Shown: piece after piece, positions 26,752 to 34,771 of the stretch
Layout: the number at the start of each line of letters is the position of its first letter
How positions within the stretch are numbered: the first letter of the stretch is position 1
Assembly: GCA_011364925.1 (NCBI GenBank)
Contig: RDOA01000028.1
Coordinates: 1-43,708 of the forward strand
Length of the DNA: 43,708 nt
Direction of reading: 5' to 3'
Source of the DNA: Promethearchaeota archaeon
GTDB lineage: Archaea > Asgardarchaeota > Lokiarchaeia > Sigyniarchaeales > SOKP01
Program-made: the position numbers and the translations under genes
The notes under the pieces: model-generated
The model's database searches: none
Seen by the model: the letters and a program-made list of their open reading frames with translations, nothing else
Told to the model about the DNA's origin: nothing

Positions 26752-28032
26752 ATGAAATTGGACTATGGCAAAGATGGACTTGAAGTGACGATTAGCCCTA
26801 ATTGGAACACCACAGTTTTACGACCTCAGAAACAAGAAGTAATAGCTAATCCAATCAAAGCGATTAGAGATGCAATAAATAATCCTATAGAAAGCTCTTC
26901 TTTAGAAACAATTATTAAAACTCGAACGACGGTAAAATCTGTTTGCGTTGTCGCTTCGGACCAAACGAGACCTGTTCCGACTAATCTAATTTTAGAAGGT
27001 GTTATAAGTGAATTAATTGATTGCGGAATTCAAGAAAAACAAATCATAATTTTAATTGCCACAGGACTGCATCGCGCTTCTCGTAAGGAAGAACGAGCAA
27101 GGATATTAGGAAATATTGTTAATAGTGATGTAAGCGTTGTTAACCACATTGCAACGGACCATAACTCCCTCGTATCCTTAAGCAACAGTAAAATTAATGG
27201 ACCAATTTCTATTAACAAACTTTATACCGAGAGTGATTTAAAAATTCTAACTGGTTATGTTGAGCCCCATTTCTTCTTTGGTTTTTCTGGTGGGAATAAA
27301 TCGCTCGTACCAGGGATAGCAGGCGCGGAAACCATATTAGCAAATCACTCTGCTGAAAACATAGCATCACCGTACGCTCGATTTGGAAGCTACAAAATGA
27401 ACCCGTTGTCTGTTAAATCCGCTAAAATAGCTAAAATGATTGGCGTAGATTTTACCGTTAATGTATGCATTAATGAAAGCCACGAAATAACCCAAGTAGC
27501 AGCTGGTAATGTAAACGCTGTTCATAAGAGATTGGTTGATTTTCAAAACACACACGTGTTCAAAGAAATTCCTAAGCCCTATGACATTGTAATTTGTGGG
27601 AATGGGGGGTATCCGTTAGATCTCAACTTATATCAGGCTGTAAAGAGCATGGCGATTGGAGAAATTGCCGTAAAGCAAGGAGGAACTATCATTTCTGTCA
27701 ACGAGTGTAGAGAAGGTGTCGGCTTAGGACAAGATAAGTTTAAAGAACTTATTTTCTCTGGAAAAACTCCAAAGGAGATATACAATAAAATTCTAAGGAA
27801 GGAAATCGTTGTTCCTGATCAATGGGAAATTCAAGTATTAACCCGTATATTAATGAAGGCGGAAGTGTATCTTGTATCTAATATGAGAAAAGAAGAAATC
27901 GGAAATATAGGATTAAGATATGCTGATACTGTAGAAAATGCCATTGAACAATCGTTAGTTAAGCATGGAAAAGATGCAAAGATACTTGTGCTGCCTAATG
28001 GTCCTCAAATCCTCCCTGTCATAAACACATAA
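26752..28032 (+). CDS. larA: Nickel-pincer-dependent lactate racemase (LarA family)
   Basis: SDQTRPVP, ATGLHR, EPHFFFGFSGGNKSLVPGIAG, NH, GGYPLDLNLYQAVK, DQW. Confidence 0.92.
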   Translation: MKLDYGKDGLEVTISPNWNTTVLRPQKQEVIANPIKAIRDAINNPIESSSLETIIKTRTTVKSVCVVASDQTRPVPTNLILEGVISELIDCGIQEKQIIILIATGLHRASRKEERARILGNIVNSDVSVVNHIATDHNSLVSLSNSKINGPISINKLYTESDLKILTGYVEPHFFFGFSGGNKSLVPGIAGAETILANHSAENIASPYARFGSYKMNPLSVKSAKIAKMIGVDFTVNVCINESHEITQVAAGNVNAVHKRLVDFQNTHVFKEIPKPYDIVICGNGGYPLDLNLYQAVKSMAIGEIAVKQGGTIISVNECREGVGLGQDKFKELIFSGKTPKEIYNKILRKEIVVPDQWEIQVLTRILMKAEVYLVSNMRKEEIGNIGLRYADTVENAIEQSLVKHGKDAKILVLPNGPQILPVINT

Positions 28033-28089
28033 TTTAAATCAGAGAATTGGTAATTTTATATAAGAATTGTAGATTTTAAAAAAAGTGAA

Positions 28090-29115
28090 ATGGAAACATC
28101 AAACGCAATCATTTACATTGATATAGATAAAGATACTCCAAGAATTAATTTTTGGTATCCTACAAATCTTCCAGAAGATTATCGAAATTATATTGCTGAC
28201 GAGTGTATTTCGATTATTTCTGGTGATCCAACTTTCATACCAGAGGTTCTCTTGATATTTCCAATATCAGCCCTCAAAATAAAAGTCCTAATAAAATACT
28301 TCAAAAGAGAAAATTTTAATATAAATAAAAGTGCTTCAAAATCGGCAATCATCTTCATTTTTGACGAAGAAGAAGATCAAATCTATTACCGGTATATGAG
28401 CTACATAGATTCGTATTTTAGTAACACAGTTAGTACACTACTCAATCTTGAAAAAAACGGAATCTCCGCCGAAGAAATTCACGATGAAATAGTTAAATTG
28501 CACATGATCTTATGTAATCTAACCGATTATTTGTCTGCGAAAAGCGAGTACGTACCGGAGACAGTGGAACCATCAAAAAAGATAAGCTTTGATCGACAGG
28601 TAGATAAAAGAAAGTATAAAGTCGTTGTGCTGGGAGACCCACATGTGGGTAAAACATCTACAATTCTCAGATTTACGGATAATGTCTTCTTGCGGGCCTA
28701 CATTCCTACAATGGGTTTAAACATCACCCAAAAAATATTTGATGTTGATACGAGCCTCGTTGAATTGGTTCTCTGGGATATCGGAGGTCAAACTAAATTC
28801 GAACTCATCAGAAAGAAATTTTACGAGGGAGCAAGCATTATTCTCGTTCTTTTTGATTTATCAAACGCGATGTCGTTTGCTAACGTTCCAAAATGGTACC
28901 AAGATGTGAAATCTTATATGGAAAATAATCAAGCACTCAAAGGATATCTTATTGGAAATAAAAACGATCTCGTCAATAAGAGAACTGTAAACGAATCTGA
29001 TGCGAAAAAATTAGCGTACGCTTTAGATCTTGAATATCTTGAAATATCTGCTCTAACTGGTCATAATGTTGAGAGTACTTTCCAGAAAATCGCAAGAAAG
29101 TTACTAAATTTTTAA
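28090..29115 (+). CDS. Rab/Ras-like small GTPase with N-terminal uDENN/longin-like domain
   Basis: GDPHVGKT, YIPTMG, LWDIGGQ.KF, FY.GA, GNKND, EISALTG; an N-terminal alpha/beta domain of about 170 aa; no C-terminal Cys. Confidence 0.9.
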   Translation: METSNAIIYIDIDKDTPRINFWYPTNLPEDYRNYIADECISIISGDPTFIPEVLLIFPISALKIKVLIKYFKRENFNINKSASKSAIIFIFDEEEDQIYYRYMSYIDSYFSNTVSTLLNLEKNGISAEEIHDEIVKLHMILCNLTDYLSAKSEYVPETVEPSKKISFDRQVDKRKYKVVVLGDPHVGKTSTILRFTDNVFLRAYIPTMGLNITQKIFDVDTSLVELVLWDIGGQTKFELIRKKFYEGASIILVLFDLSNAMSFANVPKWYQDVKSYMENNQALKGYLIGNKNDLVNKRTVNESDAKKLAYALDLEYLEISALTGHNVESTFQKIARKLLNF

Positions 29116-29535
29116 TCTCCAATTTCATTTTTGCTAAGATAAATTTGTTTAATTATCGAAATTTTGATCTTAAAACCGATAAAATTAGAAATTTGTCTAA
29201 TTTTTGATACTATCGTCGTTAAAAACACCGAGATCGATGTGGCAGTAAAATCCCACGAAATACATTTATAAAAAATAAGTTGACTTCTTCCCACCATTTA
29301 CCCGCAAATCTCGTCTAAAATTATGTTCTGGGACATATCACATCGATACATAAAAACATTTTTAAATAGTGGAGTTACATAAATTACATTAGTACATTAA
29401 TAATTGATTATTTGTCGTAATATTTTCGAAAAAACTTATGATTTAAAACAAAAATAAATATTAACAGAAGTTAACGTAATATTCTTGAATAATCATTTAT
29501 GATTACAAAAATATCAAAGAAAAAAGTGAAAATAC

Positions 29536-30459
29536 ATGTCGTATCGAGACCGCCTACGATCAGCGAAGGTTAGTTCAGATGAGGATAGCCCTATTGGACA
29601 ATGTTGCGACGAACCAGTTGTCGAGTCCAGAGATGGCGATGTTGTCTGTTTAAATTGCGGTATGATTCAACACAGGAATTTAGTTGGAAACGAAAGACGT
29701 GCTTACACTGTAGAGGAAGTAAATAAGCGTCGCAGAACTGAACCTCGATGGAGGGAATTTGGACCTAGGACCATGTTGCCCAACTCGAAAATCGATTCAA
29801 AAGGAAGGCTAATTAACGCAAAAGGAAAGACCCTATTTTCTAGACTTTCAAAAATTCAGAACTCGTTAATTTCCAGCATTGAAAGAAACTTTTGGGAAGC
29901 AAAACCAAAGTTAAAAATGCTCACATCGAAATTAAACATTCCTGAGTATATCAAAGAAACTGCGTGGAAGATATATAGCGTTGTTGCAAGGAAAAAGTTA
30001 ACTATGGGTAGATCAATCGATGGTTTTATTGCTGCTTCGTTATATGCTGCAATCAGAGTTCACGAATTCCCACGTTTATTAGAAGAGGTATGCGATGCTT
30101 CAATGACTCCAAGAAGAACTGTCCACCGAAGCTTAGGTATGGTTGTAAAAGAAGTATTACCGGAATTAAATCTTAGGTATAAACCAATTACAGCCGAACA
30201 GTTAGTATTCCGATTTGGAAACGATTTAGGTTTACCTATGGAAGTTCAGAAGAAAGCAATTGACATGCTCGCAGACGCATCGAAGAACGGACTATTACGA
30301 ACTGGCAAAGACCCAAAGGGCTTAGCGGCAAGTGTAATTTATATGGCGGCCAAATCAAGTAACTGCCGAAAAACACAAGCAGAAGTCTCAGAAGTGGCCA
30401 AAGTAACTGAGGTCACATTAAGGTCCCGATCTAAGCAAATTAGAATGAAATTAGCTTAA
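29536..30459 (+). CDS. tfb: Transcription initiation factor IIB
   Basis: Zn ribbon CC..CLNCG, two cyclin folds, GRS....AASLY, GKDPKGLAAS.IY, TQAEVSEVAKVTEVTLR.R. Confidence 0.96.
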   Translation: MSYRDRLRSAKVSSDEDSPIGQCCDEPVVESRDGDVVCLNCGMIQHRNLVGNERRAYTVEEVNKRRRTEPRWREFGPRTMLPNSKIDSKGRLINAKGKTLFSRLSKIQNSLISSIERNFWEAKPKLKMLTSKLNIPEYIKETAWKIYSVVARKKLTMGRSIDGFIAASLYAAIRVHEFPRLLEEVCDASMTPRRTVHRSLGMVVKEVLPELNLRYKPITAEQLVFRFGNDLGLPMEVQKKAIDMLADASKNGLLRTGKDPKGLAASVIYMAAKSSNCRKTQAEVSEVAKVTEVTLRSRSKQIRMKLA

Positions 30460-30576
30460 TCGGTTCAGAACTAACAATAAAAATTTTTTTATATATTTTT
30501 TTTCTTTACTATAATATTTTTCATTGTGAAATCCCCATTATCTTTTAAAAAAATAAAAACAATGGAATAAATATAC

Positions 30577-31269
30577 ATGAATACAAAAGAACAGCAAAAA
30601 GAACCCCTTTTACAAGTAGCTTTAGATTTTATAAACCTCGAAGAGGCTTTGACAATAGCAGAAAAGGTAGCGCCATTTGTCGATATTTTGGAAGCTGGAA
30701 CGCCTTTAATAAAATCTGAGGGCATAAGTGTAGTTCAAACGCTTAAGAAATTGTTTCCTGATAAACAAATTTGTGCTGATTTAAAAACAGCAGATGCAGG
30801 ATATCTCGAAGCACAGATAGCAGCACAATCAAAAGCAGATATAATAACTGTTCTCGCTGATGCTTATAATGTCACAATTCAGGAAACGTTACACGCAGCG
30901 CGTGATTATAATATAAAAGTTATGGCAGATCTTATCGTTTCACGTCGACCAATTAAGAGATTAGCGGAAATAATAGATCTTGAGTTCGAAGGGATAAAAA
31001 TACATTACGCATTAGTACATAGTGGTTTAGATCGCCAAGCATCAAGGCATAAACCTTTATCAGACCTGAAATCAGTTGCTGAGTTGATGAACCATCCTCC
31101 TTTAGCGATTGCGGGTGGAATTCAAGTCTCTGATATTTCGACGATTTCACAATATCCGTTAGAGATTATTATTGTTGGTGGCGCAATCACGAGAGCAAAA
31201 GATCCAAAACTTACAGCAGAAACCATTAGAAAAAAGATTTCTAATATCAGATGGTCAGCAACAAGATAA
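30577..31269 (+). CDS. hxlA: 3-hexulose-6-phosphate synthase (OMPDC/HUMPS family)
   Basis: LQVALD, EAGTPLIKSEG, ADLKTADAG..EA, HSGLDRQ, AIAGGI, IVGGAIT. Confidence 0.92.
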   Translation: MNTKEQQKEPLLQVALDFINLEEALTIAEKVAPFVDILEAGTPLIKSEGISVVQTLKKLFPDKQICADLKTADAGYLEAQIAAQSKADIITVLADAYNVTIQETLHAARDYNIKVMADLIVSRRPIKRLAEIIDLEFEGIKIHYALVHSGLDRQASRHKPLSDLKSVAELMNHPPLAIAGGIQVSDISTISQYPLEIIIVGGAITRAKDPKLTAETIRKKISNIRWSATR

Positions 31270-31438
31270 ATTTGGAAAATCTGGTTATTGTGGTCCTGCT
31301 CCTTTGAATATGACACACAGAGACATATTTAAAGTTGATAAGTTAAAAGATTTTTACAAGAAGAATTTCCATGAGGAAATGGACGATCAAATTAAAGAAT
31401 CGGTAGAATTGATTGGACTGTCTAATTTCGAAAATTAA
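31247..31438 (+). pseudogene. C-terminal remnant of a YbhB/YbcL (PEBP/RKIP-like) gene
   Basis: DGQQQDKFGKSGYCGPAPLNMTHRDIFKVDKL...VELIGL resembles PEBP 'QG.NDFG..GY.GP.PP...HRY.F.VYAL...AEL.G.Y'; the N-terminal DPD motif half is absent. Confidence 0.6.
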
Positions 31439-31599
31439 AAATTAATTATAAATTTTTCTTTAATTCTACCTTACATAAATTTTTTTTAAAACGAAAATAG
31501 GGTATTTTACTAATATAATGATCTTTCTAATAACATTTTTTATTAAATAAATGAAAAAGGTTATAAACTCAAAAAAATTTCATAATCTCATCTAATAAT

Positions 31600-32283
31600 A
31601 TGGGAGTGACATTTATGGAAACCATAAATAAGTTTGAGACTATGGCTCAAGAAAACTTGAGAATAGCAAAGCAAGAAAAGGCATTAGCAAAAGAGTCGAA
31701 ATTAGTCGGTGAAACTGAATTAAAAAGAGCAAAGGCGCGTGAATCGCTTGTAGAAAAAGAATTAGAACTTGCAAGAATAAAACGAGCGTGGGCTGAAAAA
31801 AAAATTAATCTTGTAATTGATAAACGCAATCTTAAGAATAAAGGATATATTGGGATACAAGAGAACGATCTAAAAAGTGAGGAAAAAACAGCTCTATTTA
31901 GTCAGAAAATAGCGATAATCCAAGAGCAAATTGCCCAATTAGATAGTGAAGTTGCTTTTTTAGAAAAGAAAATAGCTAAAAAATTAATAAATCTCGTTAA
32001 TGACAAATTAGAAGCGGTAAAAGAGAGAGAAAAACTTTCAAAAGTCCAAGAGAATTACGTTAAAGATTTGAAAACAAAAGTTCCTGAAACCAATCTGACA
32101 AAGGATTTAGATATGATAAACAATCAAGAAAAAGCATTAAATAAAGCTAGAAGCATAATTGTTGAAGAAGAAACTGAGATAAATAATAAACATAATGAAT
32201 TGGCTAATTTAAAGAAAGAACTTTCCTTAAAACTCTCTGAAAGAGAAAAAATTAGACCTGGTCAAAATGATTTTGATCTATAA
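31600..32283 (+). CDS. Coiled-coil protein
   Basis: Lys/Glu-rich heptads along the whole length. Confidence 0.75.
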   Translation: MGVTFMETINKFETMAQENLRIAKQEKALAKESKLVGETELKRAKARESLVEKELELARIKRAWAEKKINLVIDKRNLKNKGYIGIQENDLKSEEKTALFSQKIAIIQEQIAQLDSEVAFLEKKIAKKLINLVNDKLEAVKEREKLSKVQENYVKDLKTKVPETNLTKDLDMINNQEKALNKARSIIVEEETEINNKHNELANLKKELSLKLSEREKIRPGQNDFDL

Positions 32284-32344
32284 TGAAAAGCAAAAAAATC
32301 AAACTAATCTATTCTAAAAAAAGAAAATTGCAAAATTAGTTGAA

Positions 32345-32569
32345 TTGGTGTATAAGATCATGACTCTTGAAAAAGGGAAAGATATTTCGTGGGTTTTTAA
32401 AATAATATTGATTATTGCTGTTCTAATTGTCGTGATTATAATAGGATTTATATTAAATTTCTCAATTGCTTTCTTCATTGGATTAGCAATTGGGATAGTA
32501 GCAGCTATAATAATATTATTGATAATTTTCAAAATGCCAAAAATTTATGTTAAAGTAAGTAAATATTAG
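32345..32569 (+). CDS. Small two-TM hairpin membrane protein
   Basis: Very hydrophobic core with basic ends; the start may be the ATG at 32360. Confidence 0.6.
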   Translation: MVYKIMTLEKGKDISWVFKIILIIAVLIVVIIIGFILNFSIAFFIGLAIGIVAAIIILLIIFKMPKIYVKVSKY

Positions 32570-32927
32570 ATTTTTTGGAAATAAGCAAAATTCCTTTTTT
32601 TTCTAATAATTTCTAATTTAAAATTTTTTTAAAATTGAATTATAATTTAATAATTCAAACTTTAATTTAGCAATCTTAACTTAGTTGACATTAGAGAGCT
32701 TAAAACTGCGTTAAAATGCTTTACTTATCCTATTTAAGTTTTTACATTTTCGTCTTATTTTCCTATTTTGAACAAATAAGGAAAATTATGGCGGTCTTTA
32801 TTTTACGTTTATTTTTTATTCTAATTAATAATTAGGGTTTAAATTAGCGGATAAAGATATATTTATAAGCTTAATTGAAAGGTATTCGAGTCCTAGTTAA
32901 GAAGACACAGCTATATAAGCGGTTTAA

Positions 32928-34658
32928 TTGAACTTAAAATACATTGTACGGAAACTTAATGGAATTTTTACCGTAAGGAATGTAAGTTATTCTCTACTTT
33001 TATTAAACGTATTTTGTTTTGTCTCCGGTGTTTTATATATTGTTATTCCTGGTTATATGTTATTTTGGGACGTATTTGGAGTAATTTTAACAATTACACT
33101 TTTTGACAACCTTTTATTAGTGTATCTTAATTTGGTGAAAGTGAACAAAAGGAGTAAACTAGGATTTAGATTATATTTAGTGGGTTTTTTCTATCTTGTT
33201 TTTATGATTTTGGCGATGTTCGGAATGGAACAAGGCAATTTAATAAGTTCTAGCACAGTTTCCGACAGTTTTTTGGGAGGATATGCATTAACTTATCTTA
33301 GTTACTTCGGGATTTTAACATTTGGAATTGGATTGGGATTATATGATATTTTAACCCGAAAAAATCCTGCTTTATGGGATAAAGAATATGGTCATGAAAG
33401 AATAAAATTCATGAAAAATGCAAGAGTTCAACAAATTCTAAGGAAATTTTTAGTCGTTGTATCGTGGAGTGGTTTTATTTTCGGCGCTTTTTGCGGTTTT
33501 ATTACAGTTTTCGGTGTATTTGAATTTGTAACAACTCAACTTACTTACATATCATCTCAGTATGGAGTTTTTCTATCGTTTATCTTCTTATCTAACACGA
33601 TCATTTTATTGAAGTTAAAGCGAGGAAGATGGGAAAGGAAGAAATTTCGAAGAGTTGCAATCGTCGGAGTTTTTATATCTGTAGCATTACTAAGTCCTCT
33701 AATGCTTTCAAAAGTGACTGCTATGGATGCTGAAGCGCGCTTTTCTGAAGCGTTTGGTCGAAATTGGCAACAGGAGATTCCTTCAGAAATTAACGACTAT
33801 TTTTTACAAACTTCGTTTTCTCCAGCAGGGTATTATTTAGGAATCCCTCCTAAAGATTGTAGAATAATAGAAAATGTTTTATTTTACGATAATGAGAGTA
33901 TTAAATTGTATTTTGATGCATATATGCCGTTAGGGAAAGGTAAAGATCTTCCAGGCCAGAATTCCACCTTAATTCGGATTCATGGGGGAGGTTGGGTATC
34001 AGGAGATAAAGGAGAGTCAAACATGATGCAGATGAATGAATATTTTGCAGCCCAAGGTTACATAGTGTTTGATATTCAATATGGATTACACGATTCCTCA
34101 ATTTCTGGAATTGATTTCATTACGCCTAGTTATAACAAGGGAGATTTTAATATTGACGATATGATTCGTCATATTGGTATATTTACAAAATATATTGGTG
34201 AAAATGCCAAAATTTATGGTGCTAATTTAGATTCTGTTTTCTTTAGTGGAGGATCTTCAGGAGGACACCTCGCAAGCGCAGCAGGCTTAGCATTATCAAG
34301 TGGAAATTATTCAAATTTGTTCAATCAAAACCTAACAGTTAAAGGAATAATCCCATTTTATCCATCAAATGGCCAAACGGTATTTTTTGGTATTGATGGA
34401 AAAGACGAATTTATTCACCCCGCGAAATTAATCATCCTGGATAGTCCCCCCTGCTTAATATTTCAAGGAACTCACGATGTTCTTACATATTTTGGCATAA
34501 GTAATCACTTCAGAGACACCTATCTTGCTAAGGGTAATAATAATTGTGCTATTATATGGATGTTGATGGGTGGCCATTCTAGTGATGTTTATTTTTCTGG
34601 GTATTACAACCAGATTTTTCTCTATTTTATGGAACGATTTATGTATCTCTACCGGTAG
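32928..34658 (+). CDS. Polytopic membrane alpha/beta-hydrolase (lipase/esterase, HSL-like)
   Basis: About 7 N-terminal TM helices; HGGGW oxyanion motif, GGSSGG (GxSxG), QGTHD, GGH. Confidence 0.9.
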   Translation: MNLKYIVRKLNGIFTVRNVSYSLLLLNVFCFVSGVLYIVIPGYMLFWDVFGVILTITLFDNLLLVYLNLVKVNKRSKLGFRLYLVGFFYLVFMILAMFGMEQGNLISSSTVSDSFLGGYALTYLSYFGILTFGIGLGLYDILTRKNPALWDKEYGHERIKFMKNARVQQILRKFLVVVSWSGFIFGAFCGFITVFGVFEFVTTQLTYISSQYGVFLSFIFLSNTIILLKLKRGRWERKKFRRVAIVGVFISVALLSPLMLSKVTAMDAEARFSEAFGRNWQQEIPSEINDYFLQTSFSPAGYYLGIPPKDCRIIENVLFYDNESIKLYFDAYMPLGKGKDLPGQNSTLIRIHGGGWVSGDKGESNMMQMNEYFAAQGYIVFDIQYGLHDSSISGIDFITPSYNKGDFNIDDMIRHIGIFTKYIGENAKIYGANLDSVFFSGGSSGGHLASAAGLALSSGNYSNLFNQNLTVKGIIPFYPSNGQTVFFGIDGKDEFIHPAKLIILDSPPCLIFQGTHDVLTYFGISNHFRDTYLAKGNNNCAIIWMLMGGHSSDVYFSGYYNQIFLYFMERFMYLYR

Positions 34659-34771
34659 GTCTTCAAAGGATTCCCGTTTTTTCCATATTTTCTATTTTTC
34701 ACATATATATTTAAGGAATCGTATAATAATATTCCCGTATACACAATTTTGTAAATTTGGGACGTGATAAT

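Noticed and set aside
29112-29297. 61-aa minus-strand ORF upstream of tfb
   Set aside because: No motif, low-complexity composition, and it overlaps the GTPase stop; more likely non-coding.
30489-30725. 78-aa minus-strand ORF
   Set aside because: Antisense to hxlA and its promoter region.
31172-31438. Programmed frameshift producing an HPS fusion protein
   Set aside because: The HPS domain is complete, the downstream segment is half a PEBP domain with decayed motifs, and I saw no convincing slippery site with a stimulatory structure.
34570-34767. ORF bridging the hydrolase and the PlsY fusion, suggesting a triple fusion
   Set aside because: The hydrolase ends normally after its catalytic His with TAG, the bridging frame has no recognisable features, and a TATA-like TATATATTTAAG lies in the gap.
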